Positions 35,769-49,335 of a DNA stretch of 64,000 nt are shown here, one piece after another. Under the pieces are notes generated by a model that had not been told where the DNA came from, ran no database searches, and saw only the letters and a list, made by a program, of their open reading frames with translations. Source of the stretch: Squalus acanthias (lineage: Eukaryota); the NCBI GenBank assembly GCA_030390025.1, contig JASTWF010000034.1, positions 1,302,001 through 1,366,000 on the forward strand, given 5' to 3'. The stretch's first letter is position 1, and every line of letters begins with the position of its first letter. The translations under genes were made by a program, and so were the position numbers.

Positions 35769-37707
35769 GTAAGTGACAGGGAGTAGCGATTTTTCATCTG
35801 TTTCTTTCATCGCTCATGATATTTTTTATAAAATCAGGCTTTAATCACTTTAACAAAATGAATGGTTTAATATTAGGAGAGAGGAATATAACCGAATGGG
35901 TTTTGATCTTATTGCTCAACTCGAGACTGGATCCCTGTAAAACTGGCCCCTACATTCTCCTGTTGTGAATGTATTACCAGCAAACGTCGTTACTGGATAA
36001 GGGGGTAAAATATGCAGGGGGCAATAGATATTCGTCCGCCCGTTTTATGCCCCGCCTGATTTTCTTTTCCATTTAATTATGTGTTTCAAATCGAATCGTG
36101 ACCACCTGTTTCTTGGAACCACCTAAGAAAAAAATGCTGCAGTATATGTTTCAACTATCAAAGTTTAGTGCCACAATGACAGCACGGCGCCAGGGATATT
36201 AACTCCACTGTGTGTAGCGTCACCTCAAGAATCTCTCCAGACTGACTGGCCTTGACACATTACAGGTTTCTCTGTCAGACAACAGAATCTGCGTTCCGAT
36301 ACTTTCAAAAGGACGCTGTTATGCGCGATATATTAATCTAATTACGTTGTGGTGTTCCATATCTCTCTCTGCATTGCATTTCGGCAGCACTTCACTTAAA
36401 CGGGACCTTCACCACCCAGAAGGACAAGGGCAGCAGGCGCATGGGAACAACATCACCTCTCAATTCTACTCTAACACCATCAACTAGAAATTCCACTCCA
36501 CATAATCACTGTGGCTACTAGAGGAGGTCGCTGGCGAGGAATTCTGAGGCGAATGACTCACCTCCTGACTCTGCAAAGACTTTCTAACATCTACTTGCAC
36601 AAGTCAGGTGTTTGATGGAATACTCTCCACATGCCTGGGTGAGAGCAGGTCCAACTCAGCAAGCTGGACCCTATCCAGGACAAAGCAGCCCGCTTGATTG
36701 GCAGGTCATGCACCACATTAAACATTCAGGCCGTCCACCACCGGAGCACAGTGGCTGCATTGTATACCATCTACAAAATGCACTTCAGCAACTCACCAAG
36801 GCTTATTCGGCAGCACCTCCCAAACCCGCGAACTCAACCATCTAGAAGGGAAAGCGCAGCAGGCGCATGGGAACAGCAGCACCTCCCCGTTGACCTCCAA
36901 GTAACACACCATCCTGACTTGGAAATATATCGCTGTTGCTTCATCGTCGGTCGGTCAAAATCTTAGAACTCACTGCATTGTTGTGCACTTTGACCGCACC
37001 GGACTCGCTGTGGATCAAATCGAAGGCCAGTCATCAGCTTCTGAAGAGGAAACTGGGGACGGACAGTTGTTGCCAACCATGCCAGCGACAACCACAACAG
37101 TAATGATAACAACAATTGATGGCTCACAATAACGGCTCAATTTTTTGAAATGTCTGACGGTCACAGCCCCGCTGAGATTGGTTTCTAACTGCCTTCCCTT
37201 GGCGGAGGTTTCATACTTGCACTTGTACAGGTCACCAATCGCGATGCGGGTATAATGGAGACTTTGACTCTTTTTGATCGCATCTTCACCTGGGATAAAT
37301 TAGCAGCACTGAGGATTTCCCAAGCAGCCATTTCCTTGTTGTGCTCGTATCCCAGAGTAAAATCTCTGGCCTTAAACCGGACTTTGTATAGAGAACTCGA
37401 GCAGATTTAGGTTCTTTGGCTCCGCAATTTGATTTCCTACTTTACAACAGCGACTACACTTCAAAAGTAGTAAATTGGTGGTAAAGCGCATTGAGACGTC
37501 CAGGGGTCATGAAAGGTGCTAGAGGAATGGACGTCTTTCTTTGTTTCTTTGTAATCAAATCCCGAAGTCCCCTTTTGTGGAATCTTTGCATCCGATGTGA
37601 AACTGCGCTTTAACACCGCACAATCATCATTGAGTTCCCAAATTTGCACTGTACATGAAAATCCGCAGATCCATTTCTAAATGTTATTTCTATTTATTTT
37701 ACCACAG

Positions 37708-38001
37708 GTCCGCTAACACCGCCCGTGATATCTCTTGATCAACCGACTGGGGTGTATGTAGTAGGAGAGACGGTCACCATGACCTGCACCGTGATCGGAG
37801 ATTATCGCGTTAAAACCTTCTACTTTTACAAAGATAATTAATATCTGCAAACCGATCAAATTGTCACAAAGGACAAAATTGGAAAATTCCCGGTTACCAC
37901 TAAAGGCCAAGGAGGGCGGTACCAGTGCCGATATAGAACCTCCGTCATGGGGAGGACGTTAGAATCTCAACGCAGCGAGTCTGTGACGGTCACTGAAGCA
38001 G
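37708..38001 (+). pseudogene. Ig-domain exon 2 (duplicate of exon 1) with nonsense TAA at 37839-37841
   Basis: Same acceptor context, GTGAGT donor, 294 nt; GETVTMTC...FYFYKDN*YL...GGRYQCRY; exon 1 has CAA at the homologous codon. Confidence 0.85.
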
Positions 38002-38405
38002 GTGAGTGAAAGAGAGCAGAGATTTCTCATTTTTTTCATCACTCTTCGTATGTTTATAAAATCAGGATTTAACCACTGCAACTGAATTAATGGTTTAATA
38101 TTAGGAGAGAGGAAAACAACAGGATTGGTTTTAAGAACATAAGAATATAAGAAACAGCAGCAGGATTAGGCCATTTGGTACTTCAAGCCTGCTCCGGCAT
38201 TCAGTAAGATCATTCGCAATCACCGAGAGCATCTCCTCTTTCCTGCACTATGCACATATCCCTTGATTCCCTTAATATTCAAAAAATCTATCGACCTCTG
38301 TCTTGAATATAATCAAGGACTGAGCCTTCACAGCCCCATGGGATACTGAGTGCCAAAGATTCACCATCCTCTCAGTGGAGAAATTTCTCCTCATCTCATT
38401 TCTAA

Positions 38406-40249
38406 ATGATGTGGAGATACCGGTTTTGGACTGGGGTGTGCAAATGTGAAAAGTCGCACAACACCAGGTTATAGTCCAACAGCTTTATTTAAAATCACAA
38501 GCTTTCGGAGCGCTGCTCCTTCGTCAGTTGAAGTGAAGAGATGCATATAGGCACAGCATATCTAGTCAGAGAACACTGCCAGATGATTACAGTTAATCTT
38601 TCTAACTGCCCTTTATCACACCTCGGCAGAGAGATAATCACGGCAATCAAAGGTGTGGATGGTGTCCAAACAGGTCAGTCAGGAAAACATTACATCAAAG
38701 ACAATGACGTGGGCTCACAAGGGCTCAAATCTGTCAGATGCTGGGGTCTGTATGGAAAACAAAAACTTTTTTTGCTGGAAATCACAGCAGGTCCGGCCGC
38801 ATCTGTGTAGAGAGAACAAGCCAACGACGACTCGAGTCTGGATGACTCTACGTCAGGTGGGGTTACATGTAGCGTGACATGAACCCAAGATCCCGGTTGA
38901 GGCCGTCCTCATGGGTGCAAAGCTTGGCTATCAATTTCTGCTCGACGATTATGTGTTGTCGTGTATCTCGAAGGCCGCCTTGGAGAACGCTTACCCGAAG
39001 ATCGGAGGCTGAATGTCCTTGATTGCTGAACTGTTCCCCGACTGGGAGGCAACACTCCTGCCTGGTCATTGTTGTGCGGTGTCCGTTCATACGTTGTCGC
39101 AATGTCTGCATGGTCTCGCTGATGTACCATGCTCCGGGGCATCCTTTCCTGCAACGTATGAGGTAGACAACTTTGACCGAGACACATGAGTATGTACCAT
39201 GTACCTGGTGGGTGGTGTCCTCGCGTGTGATGATGATATCTGTGTTGATGCTCTGGCATGTCTTGCAGAGGTTGCTGTCGCAGGGTTGTGTGGTGTCGTG
39301 GACGCTGTACTCCTGAAAGCTGGGTAATTTGCTGCGAACGATAGTCTGTTTGAGGTTAGGGGGCTGTTTGAAGGCGAGGAGTGGAGGCGTGGGGATGGCC
39401 TTAGCGAGGTGTTCGGCGTCATCGATGACATGTTGAAGGTTCCGAAGAACATGGCGTAGTTTCTCCGCTCTGGGGAAGTACAGGACGTTGTAGGGTACTC
39501 TGTTGGTTTTGTCCCCTGTTTGTCTTCTGAGGAGGTCTATGCGATTTCTCGCTGTGGCCCGTCGGAACTGTCGATCCACAAGTCGAGCGTCATATCCTGT
39601 TCTTACGAGGGCGTCTTTCAGCGTTTGTAGGTGTCCATCGCGTTCCTCCACGTCTGAGCAGATCCTGTGTATTCGCAGGGCTTGTCCATAGGGGATGGCT
39701 TCTTTAACGTGGTTAGGGTGGAAGCTGGGGAAGTGAAGCATCGTGAGGTTGTCCGTGGGCTTGCGGTAGAGTGAAATGCTGAGGTATCCGCCTTTGATGG
39801 AGATTCGTGTGTCAAAGAATAAAACTGATTCTGAGGAGTGGTCTATGGTGAGTTTGATGGTGGGCTGGAACTTGTTGATGTTATCGGGTAGTCTTTTCAG
39901 TGATTCTTCGCCTTTGGTCCATAGGAAGAAAATGTCGTCGATGTATCTGGTGTATAGCGTTAGTTGGAGGGCCTGTGCAGCGAAGACGTTTTGTTCGAAC
40001 TTGTGCATGAAGATGTGGGGGTATTGGGGTGCGAATTTGGTCCCCATAGCTGTTCCGTGTGTTTGGGTAAAAAACTGGTTGTCGAAGGTGAAGACATTAT
40101 GTTCAAGGATGAAGCAGATGAGTTGTAGGATGGCATCTGGATATTGGCTGTTGTTGGTGTTGAGTACTGAGGCTGTCGAAGCGATGCCGTCATTTTGGGG
40201 GATACTGGTGTTGAGTGCCGAGACGTCCATCGTGGCGAGGAGTGTTCCT
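38406..40249 (-). mobile_element. 5'-truncated PLE (older relative of the 1.5-7.3 kb element)
   Basis: Open RT C-half + GIY-YIG (38863-~40248); pLTR ends ...CTCCACATCAT; TSD ATTTCTAAATG at 38398-38408 and 40252-40262. Confidence 0.92.
38495..38531 (-). ncRNA. Minimal hammerhead ribozyme motif in PLE pLTR
   Basis: Reverse complement TCAA-CTGACGA-A-GGAGC AGC GCTCC-GAAA-GCTT-GTGA. Confidence 0.7.
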
Positions 40250-42509
40250 AAATTTCTAAATGGCCGACCCCTTAAACTGAGACTTTGGACCCTGGTTCTA
40301 GATGCACATTTCTCCACATTTTATTACATTTGCCGTGATCTTGCCCACTCACTTTGCCTGTCAATGTTACCTTGAAGCCTTCTTACATACTCCTCACAAC
40401 ATATGTTGCACCAGCTTTGTATCAACTGCAAACTTGGATATATTACAATTGATCCCTTCATCCAAATCATTGATGTAGATTGTGAATAACTGAGGCCCAA
40501 GCACTGAACCTTACGTTACCCCACTAGTTAGAGCCTGCCAACCCGAAAATGACCCTATTATTCTTCCTCTCTGTGTTCTGTCCGTTAACCAATCCTCAAT
40601 TCATGAAAATATATTATCCCCAATCCCATGTGCCCTAATGTCGTTTATTAACCTCCTGTGTGGCAAATTATCGAATGCCTTCCGAAAATCCAAATGCACC
40701 ATATCCACTGATTCACCCTTAGCTATTCTGCTAGTTAAAACCTCCAAAAACTCTAACAGATTTGTCAAACACGATTTCAGTTTCATAAATCCGTGTTAAC
40801 TTTGCCCAATACTATTATTATTTTCTAAGTGCCCATTACCATTTCCTCAATAACAGATTCGAACATTTTCCCTGTTACTGATGTCAGGCTAATTGGTCTG
40901 TGTTTCCCCGTTTGCTCTCTCCCTCCTTTCTTAAATAGTGGGGTTAGGTTTTAATCTTATTGCTCAACTCTTGACAGAATTCATGAAACATTGGGCCGTG
41001 CAATCACTCGCTGTGCACCTGTTAGCGGCAAACAGCGTTACTGGAGATAAGGGTGTGAAATTCGTCACGGGAGGGCGTGCAAAACGGGCGAAAGCGAATC
41101 GGCCGCCCGATTCACACCCGCCCGGTATCTGATTCCATTGAAGGCAGTGGGAACGGAAATCAGGCGATGAATAAAACGTGCTGACGATGTGTTATCGCCT
41201 GCTTTAGGCTACTGTAAAAGACGATTTTATACTCCATTGCGTCTGAATGTTGTGAATTCAACCCCAACGAAAAACATGAGCTCACAGTCCGCGGCGACAC
41301 TTGGAGGGTAAATCTAACCACATCCTCCAGGCGGGAAAGAGGCGGATAGGGATCGGCCTTACGTTTTAATATCCGCCCAATTATACCCTCCATTGACTTG
41401 GATGAAGTGTAATATCGTGCTAGTTTGCACTTGCCCCTGTGACTGAGTACTGACGGAATGCAGTGTTATGGAGCTGAGAGACCCGATAATTAGCGATGTG
41501 CAGATAAGATATTCTGACTGGGGAACTGCAGGCTGTCTGTTATAAACACACCAAATATGACCCTGATTTCCAAATTTTCTCCCTAAATGTCTGGAACTAC
41601 CACAGTGGAATGTTTATTGTCAAATGGCTTAATCCTGCCAGATTTTTTACTCCACTGAGTGTATATTCACCTCATGAGGCACCGCCAGGCTGGCTGGCCT
41701 TGTCAGATTACAGAGTCTCCGTCAGGTAACCGAAACTGTGTAACGTGATTCAGAAAAACATCCTGATAAGCGAAATATTTTAACTTAAGTACATTTTAGG
41801 TTTCCATATCCCTCAATGGATTGCATTTCGTCTACACCTCGAAAACCCTCGACCTTCATCATCAAAAAGGAGGGTGGCAGTAGTTGCATGGGGACAGCAT
41901 CATCTCCTAGTTCCACCTCCAATTCACACACCATCCTGACTTGGAGATATATCTGGCGTTCCTTCATCGTCGCTCGCTCAAAATCTTGGAAGTCCATACC
42001 GAACAGCATTGTGGGAGCACAAATGGGTTCAAGAAGAAGGCCGACCACCATCTTCTCAAGGGCAACTGGGGTCGGGCACTAAATGCTGGACTTGCCAGCG
42101 AAGCCCACATTCTAGAGCCCAGCAACCCTGAACTGCTTTATGTGAAATGCAACTCCACACGGTTTATGGGAGTTGCTCACTCCTTTTAATCCGTATGGCT
42201 AGACGAAATTATCAGAAATGTTAATTTCAAACGAACACTTCTTCTCCTGGTATCAAAGATGGAAATTTCAGCTTTAAGCCCAGGTTTTGGAACAAGATCC
42301 CCAAATGATTTTTTTCTGTCCAATCTCTGTTTGAAGCCTTCAATTCCACTTTTGTCGAATCTCAATCGCCATGCGAACATTTCAATTTAACACGACACAA
42401 TCGTTATTGAGTTACCAGCCTTTCATGGCACAAGAAAATGCAGAAATCCATTTCCGATCTTCTTTCCATTTATTTTACCACAGATGCGGTAACAATACCA
42501 AATATATTA

Positions 42510-43530
42510 ACGTAGAAGAATGCGACTTGATATATTTTGGTAGGAAGAACGAGGAGAGGCAATAAAAACTAAAGGGTAAAATCCTAAAGGATGTTTGTAA
42601 ACAGAGAGACCTGGAGGTATATGTGCACACATCGTTGAAGGTGGCAGGGCAGTTTGAGATACCGGTTATAAAAGCATACGGGATCCTGAACTTCTTAAAT
42701 AGTGGCATAAAGTAAAACAGCAAGGAAGTTATAATAAACTTTTATAAAACACTTTACCGGCCTCAACTGGAGTATTGTGTCTAATTCTGGGCAACGCACA
42801 TTAGGAATGGTGTGAAGGCCTCAGAGAGGGGCACAGAAGATTTACATTGACGATTCCAGGGATTACGGACTTCAGTTACGTGGACATATTAGATAAGCTG
42901 GGTTTGTTCTCCTTAGAGCAGAAAAGGTTGAGAGGAAATTTGATTTGTACAATCAGACCTGCGACCCCTGGTTACCTACCTTTCTGTCACTGGAAAAAGT
43001 TCATACTTATTTACTTTATCAAAACCCTTCACGATTTTGATCACATCTATTAAATCTCTACTCAGCCTTCTCTGCTCTGAGGAAATCAATCACAGTTTCA
43101 CCAGCCTCTCAATATTACTGAAATCCCTCATCGCTGGAAGCATTCTGGTAAATCTCCTCTACACCGTCTCTAAGGCATTGACATCCTTCCTAAAGTGTAA
43201 TGACCTAATTTGGGACACGGTATTCCTACATGGCGTCTAACCAATGATTTCTACAGCTTTAGCATATCTTCTTTGACTTTGTAGTCTCAACCTCAGTTTG
43301 ATAAAGCTTTTCTTTAAATGTTTCCTCAGCCTATCCCGCCACCTTCAACGACTTGTATATGTGCACCCCAGGTCCCGTTGTTCCTGCACCACGTTTAAAA
43401 TTGTACCATTTCGTTTATACTGTCCCTCCTCATTCTTTCTTACCAAAATGTGTCACTTCACACTTCTCTGTGTTAAATTTCTTCTGCCCCCATGTTTCTC
43501 TCAATTTCACCAGTCTGTCTATGTACTCCT
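42510..43530. mobile_element. Decayed CR1 fragments (plus then minus strand)
   Basis: LYKTL.RPQLEYCV, LGLFSLEQKRLRG and their reverse-complement equivalents. Confidence 0.7.
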
Positions 43531-43534
43531 GAAT

Positions 43535-43850
43535 TAAAAACAGAACATGCTGGAAATACTCAGCAGGCGAGACAGCATCTGTAGAGAGAGAAACAGAGTT
43601 AACAGTTCAGATTGATGACCTTTCCTCAGAACTGCAAAAAACTTCGCGATATAAAAGACTTTAAGCAAAGGCAGAGGCAGGGAAAGGGGGGAAAGGGTGA
43701 AAAGATCAAAAGGGAAGGTCTGTGATAGTTTGGAATGCTGGAAAAATTAAATGATAGATGGTCTGATTGTACAATGCAAAAGGAGATGGTATGGGACCAG
43801 TAAAGAAAGAAAAGATGGGTCTAGAAGAGGTGTAAATGGGAATAGCAGAA
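43535..43850 (-). mobile_element. pLTR remnant of a second PLE family with decayed hammerhead
   Basis: Reverse complement CAGTTCTGAGGAAAGGTCATCAATCTGAACTGTTAAC...CTCTCTACAGATGCTG; similar to 60900-60990. Confidence 0.55.
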
Positions 43851-44038
43851 TCATGTCCTCTTGATGTGTGTTGATATCCTCCTCACTGCTCAATATATTT
43901 TCGACTGTCGTGTCTTCTCCAAACTTTTCAATTATGCCCTGTTTACACAAGTTCAGCTTATTCATTTTTTGGTTCAAAAGAATAAGTCTGTATTGCATTT
44001 TGAATCGATGGTCACTACTTGTTCCTTTCGAAATACAG

Positions 44039-44335
44039 ATCTACCCAAACCAAATATATCAATGGATTCCAATGTTGTTGTGAAGAGTGGAGAATTCATC
44101 TTTAACTGTACAAGCCCCCGGGAGCTTCCTGGCATCACATTTTACTTATACCATCAAGGGGAAACGAATTACTCGGATGTCCAGCCTGCTGCTGCAGGGT
44201 GTTATTCTGTCACCTTCACCATCAGGAAAATTGATCACGCCGAAGGAGGAAATCACTCCTGTCTGTATGAAGCGGATGTGAGGGGAAGGCGGCTGACATC
44301 AGCTCTGAGTGACCCGGTACATATAACTGTAGGAG
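44039..44335 (+). CDS. Membrane-proximal Ig-domain exon
   Basis: ACAG|..|GTGAGT, 297 nt, phase 1-1; LPKPNIS...FNCTS...FYLY...GGNHSCLY...SDPVHITV. Confidence 0.88.
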
Positions 44336-45860
44336 GTGAGTGAGATTCACACAGTCTCTGTATTCATCGTACCCCAGTACAAGGAGTTTTTGAGTCATTG
44401 CTAGTCCGCATCAGATTTTCTGTTTAAGGATTAAAACTGCCGGGGAAATGACATCCAGGTGTTAAAATTCTTCTTGGACGGTGTCTCATAGGCCGCCCGC
44501 CTTAAACCCCGTTCTATTGAACTGAACAGGCGTGCGATGCGACAACGTCCGCTTTTGCCCCAGTGCCCGAATACCCTTTGAGGCTTATTCCCTTAAATGT
44601 TCGCTACTTACCGCGTGACTGATGGCAGAATTAAAGCGCTAATCGTTGAATGGTTTTACTTCTCCAACTCCGATTAAAAGTTTGATTCACTCGCTTTCTC
44701 TTGTAGTTCCTCAACGATTCTCTAATTGTCCAAGGTTGCCCCCTAGGGAAGCTGAGAAAAAAATATATCCACGTTACCGACTTTAACAAAAGGTCATTTT
44801 AACATAAAAAGCAAAAAAACCTATCAGCTGTTTGAAATATACAACAGTTCAGTCGGCCTCTGTGGAGAGAACAGGATGTTCTGACCAAGGCCCGCACCTG
44901 AAACTTTAGGTCATCTCATTCTCTCCTCGCATGAGCAGTTTTGACGCAATGACCAGAATGAAAATACCGAATTAAACTGACTAATTTACACACAGTCTGT
45001 TATATTTTTGCCGCCAGCTGGGAAGAGTCGCTTGGTCCCAGAACACGGTTAATATCCAATGAAAGAGTAAAACAATTAATGAGGCACCTAATCAATCGAA
45101 CAATGAGAATGATCTTCGTGCTGCGTCATGTTCACCCAGTGAATTGTGACGTCACCTGCGTGCCAAACCCCCGCCGACTTTATTACTGATTCGCTGATTT
45201 TGCAGCACTGATTTAATGCGGGTCTTTTATAAGAAAAACAGAGAGGAAGAGAGACAGACTTTGAACATCTGAGGCACTTTATCGAAACAGTGCAAATCCA
45301 AGGAATCGCTACAATTAAGTATCGCGAGTGTTGGAAATGCTATGTCATTTTATGTGAAGAGACAAGGGAATCTGGGGTCGTTCACCTTAGAGCAGAGAAT
45401 GTTAACGGGAGATTTAATGGAACTTTTCAACATGATGAGGGTTTACGATACAGTAGATAAGCATAAACTGATTCTACTGGCAGGAGGGTCGTTAACCAGA
45501 GGGCACAGATTTAAGATAACTGGCAAAAAACAGAGGTGAGATGAAGATTCCAAAGGGAACCGGATAAATTCTTGAAAATGAGAAAAAATGCAGGGCTGTG
45601 AGGAATGAGCAGAGTTTTGATACTAATTCTATAGCTATTTCAAAGAGCCAGCACAGGCACGATGGGCGAAATGGACTCATATCGTTCAGTGCAATTCTAT
45701 GATTTTATATCAACCTTTTAATTGCTTATTTTTTTTTTCTGTTTTGGAATTCACTCCGGATCCACTGCCTATTGCTGGCTTCCGTTAAGCTGCAGAGTAT
45801 ATATTTTGTGCAGAAACAGTTGATTAACTTGGTTCCGCTGTTTCCCTTTATCTCATTTAG

Positions 45861-45950
45861 ATAAACCCTTTGCGATGGAGGCTGGTGTTGGCTCTGCTGT
45901 GGGTCTGATTCTCATCCTTGCTCTGTTGGGTTTGTGCTTCTGGAAGAAAG
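45861..45950 (+). CDS. Transmembrane exon
   Basis: TTTAG|..|GTGGGT, 90 nt; AGVGSAVGLILILALLGLCFWKK with no charged TM residue. Confidence 0.82.
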
Positions 45951-46873
45951 GTGGGTTAAACAACATGGATTATCCGTCATTGCAGACACACAGACTAAGC
46001 TTACTGCCGCCTCTCTACTTACCCAGTACTAACAACCTCCTCCAACCATCTTCCACTGGACCCCTAACCTCGGACTGTAAATATTAGGAAATCGTAGACT
46101 GACAGGTGAAATAGCGAAGGTCGAAGCTGAAAGGGACCTGGGTAGAAATGCGTCTTTGATGGAAGCACATAACGGGAGGACTTTAATCGGCCGCCTGTTA
46201 TAGGCTCCGTCCGATATTTAGCACCATTGATTTCAATAGAATCTAGATTTAATCGTAGAATGGGCGGCTCAAACCTGCCGCCACTTTTGCGCTACTGCAT
46301 TACTTGGGCACAAATGTGTCTTGCTTGATAGTGCAAGATGGAGGATATCACATTGGCCACCTATGATATGCCCCATCTGAGGAACTGAATGTACTGTCTG
46401 GTGTACAACAGGCAGAGAGAGCGATACCGCCCATTTTGCTTCACCAGTCAAGAGCAATTCCAACCCACAGTGTCACATTATGAAGAATGATTCGAGAAAC
46501 TCCGTAATCAAGTCTGGAAGGAGACGGATGAGAGGTGATTTTGTGGAGGTGGTGCGGGTAGTACATGAATATGGAAGAGGAAAATCTGGACCACAGGCAT
46601 GGAATTAAAATTTCGTGCAGCGGAGCGGGAAATCGGCGTTGTGTACAACGGAAGTCCTGCCTGAATTCGCCCGTTGCCCACCGACGGGTTAGGTTAAAAT
46701 TACACCCTTCGTGTTTCTTCATAAAACATTTGGTGGTTGTGTCGGACAGTTATGGAGCTGGGGCAAAAGTTTCTGAGTCCGAAAGACCTTTTCTGCTCTT
46801 TGACTTTTCTGATATTCCTATTTTGTAATCGAGTATTTGGCTCAGATTTCTAACACTTACATTTTCTTCTCAG

Positions 46874-46901
46874 GGAAGCGGAGAAGCAGCAGAGAAATGT
46901 G
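46874..46901 (+). CDS. Cytoplasmic mini-exon (GKRRSSREM)
   Basis: TTTTCTTCTCAG|..|GTAAGA; phase 1-2 continues the TM frame. Confidence 0.65.
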
Positions 46902-47029
46902 GTAAGAACATTAAGTGTTGTATTTTCAATTTCATACAAACTGGACCAAGATAATGCTCAGAACCAAACGTTCCGGAAATATTGTACCCTGTATACATGG
47001 CTTCATTTGCATATTAGAAAAAAGCTCCT

Positions 47030-47790
47030 CACTCACACTCACGCACACACTCCAACACACAATTAGACGTATATACATACACACACTCACAAATACATAT
47101 ACATATATACACAGACTTGTATACATAATCACAAACATGCACACACACAACACATATATATGCTCATACGTTCATTCAAAGACACAGACATTCACTCGAC
47201 CTAAAGCATACACTCACACTCAAACACACACTCATATTAAAGCACACATACACACACTAACGCACACCCTCATGTTAAAACACACATACACACACTCAAA
47301 CACACAAACATATTAAAACACACAGACACTCAAACACACACTCATATTAAAACACACACACACACTCAAACACCCACTCATATTAAAACACACACACACT
47401 CAAACACACACTCATATTAAAACACACACACACACTCAAACACCCACTCATATTAAAACACACACACACAGTCAAACACACACTCATATTAAAACACACA
47501 CACACAGTCAAACACACACTCATATTAAAACACACACACACTCAAACACCCACTCATATTAAAACACACACACACACACGCAAACACACACTCATATTAA
47601 AGCACACATACACACACTCAAACACTCACTCATGTTAAAACATACACACACTCAAACACACACTCATATTAAAACACACATAAACACACTCAAACACACC
47701 CTCATATTAAAACAGACAGAAACACACTCATATTAAAACACACAAACACACACACAATCACACACATTCAAACACACTCAAACACTAATC
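47030..47790 (+). repeat. CA-rich tandem repeat (CACACACTCATATTAAAACACACACACACTCAAA)n
   Basis: Direct reading. Confidence 0.9.
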
Positions 47791-48348
47791 CAGGCAGGTT
47801 TCACTTACTTCAATCATTTTGCTTGCATCTGCTCTAAATCCCTTTAAATGTGTTATTATTATTCAATATCTCATTAAGCTATAGCCTTTCTCATCTGGGA
47901 TCCCATACTAACGATAGGTCAATGAGAGAAGAAATCCCTCTGTGTGCTCACTGAAACGATATCGCGAAACCGTTTGTGACGATTTCATCAAATTCTTATT
48001 TTTAGCCCAATGGAAACTGTGCGCGACAAAAAGATTATCCAACGGTAGGAAATATTCACAAACTATTTAACGGTGCCGCTCCACATGGGGAGAGTAGGAG
48101 ATAGGTCCTCATTAATCGCCCTAGGCGTCAAACAAATCATTAGTTCAAGGGCAACAAAGTAACATTCTAAGGAATAACCTGTCCTGGGGACAGTTGGATA
48201 AACACATGTTCCAGGACGTGGGCAGAGAGACACTTCTACATAGAACACGGGATCCATGTCTGAAATCAAATCAACACCTTTCTCAAGAATTTAATGACCT
48301 GTGCCATCGAAAATAAAATGATTGATTGACGATGTATGTTGTTTTAAG

Positions 48349-48392
48349 GAACACAGCGCCAGCTGGTAACCAAAGCAGTGAGACCATAACAT
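48349..48392 (+). CDS. Cytoplasmic mini-exon (WNTAPAGNQSSETIT)
   Basis: GTTTTAAG|..|GTAAGT; phase 2-1. Confidence 0.6.
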
Positions 48393-49165
48393 GTAAGTTC
48401 AGTTTTGTATTCGTGCAACCAGAATTCCTGTTAGCATTTAGCTTGTTTTGCAGTTAACGAAAAGGTATGAGACAATGTTATTACTTCATTTCTATTAACC
48501 GTTTGTAGACTTTTTATTGTATTTAGCAACACAGCTGTGAAACACATATACTGTCAATCATTCTGAAACATTTAGTGCATCTGACCAAGAATCAAAATAA
48601 ACTCCGAATTTATATTTTCATCATTCAATTAAAGTGATGTTTCAGACAGGGAGTGATGAGCGAGTGTAGTCAACAGATGCAGAGAGGATAGTCGGAAACA
48701 GATCGTTGGACCCCGGTACATAGATGTAAACCAAACCCCTATTTACTTCCGACCCACTGCGCTTATTTGTTTATAATAGGAAGTCTGATCATGCGTTGTT
48801 CAAAATATTTATATATTTACTGTAAAGTAGTAAAATAGTTGGCTAATGCTGAAGCAAGTAGAGTCGGTGATAGCATCACAGGTTTTTGCAAACATGCTGA
48901 GAAGTTGCACCACGCCACCACTGGTGGATAGCTGTAATTACAGCATGGCCAATTTCTATCGGCAGATTTTGATTCTGCAAGTGAATAGAGCAGATAATTT
49001 AAAATGGACAACGTGAAGCAAAAGTGTGACAACTGATTACAATCGGAAGTGCGTTTTTATAAAGAGCACACATAAGATTTTTATTGTACTGCTCATCGAA
49101 TTCGCAGCGCATTGGGCACGTGTTGTTCGGACTATGTAAGGATTTCAAGTGCAGAATTGCAGAGT

Positions 49166-49335
49166 CTTCTTCTTCTTAGGCAGTCACTCGGAACCGAGGA
49201 TGACTTACTTCCACACTAAAAATGAGTTCTCAGGTGACTCAGGAGTCCAATGCGGGACCTACAATCTCTGTCACAGGTGGGGCAGACGTTGGTTGAAGGG
49301 GCGGGTTGGTGGGGTGCTGGGATTGACGTGCGCTC
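49166..49335 (-). mobile_element. RTE LINE 3' end fragment
   Basis: Reverse complement resembles 55900-56070; (AAG)n tail. Confidence 0.7.

Larger units (their letters stand above)
38135..40946 (-). mobile_element. CR1 fragment inserted in the Ig-gene intron, host of a PLE
   Basis: AAGAACATAAGAA 3' tail; SCLTNLLEF..HLDFRKAFD; candidate TSD GGTTTTAA at 38127-38134 and 40947-40954. Confidence 0.78.

Noticed and set aside
40250..40317. N-terminus of the 484-aa ORF 38863-40317
   Set aside because: Comes from flanking CR1 sequence beyond the TSD; chance fusion
46140..46466. Possible old MITE (GGGTAGAAAT...ATTCCAACCC); similar GC-rich remnants at ~26320-26580, ~41050-41390 and ~50760-51300
   Set aside because: TIRs too degenerate and no TSD could be verified by eye
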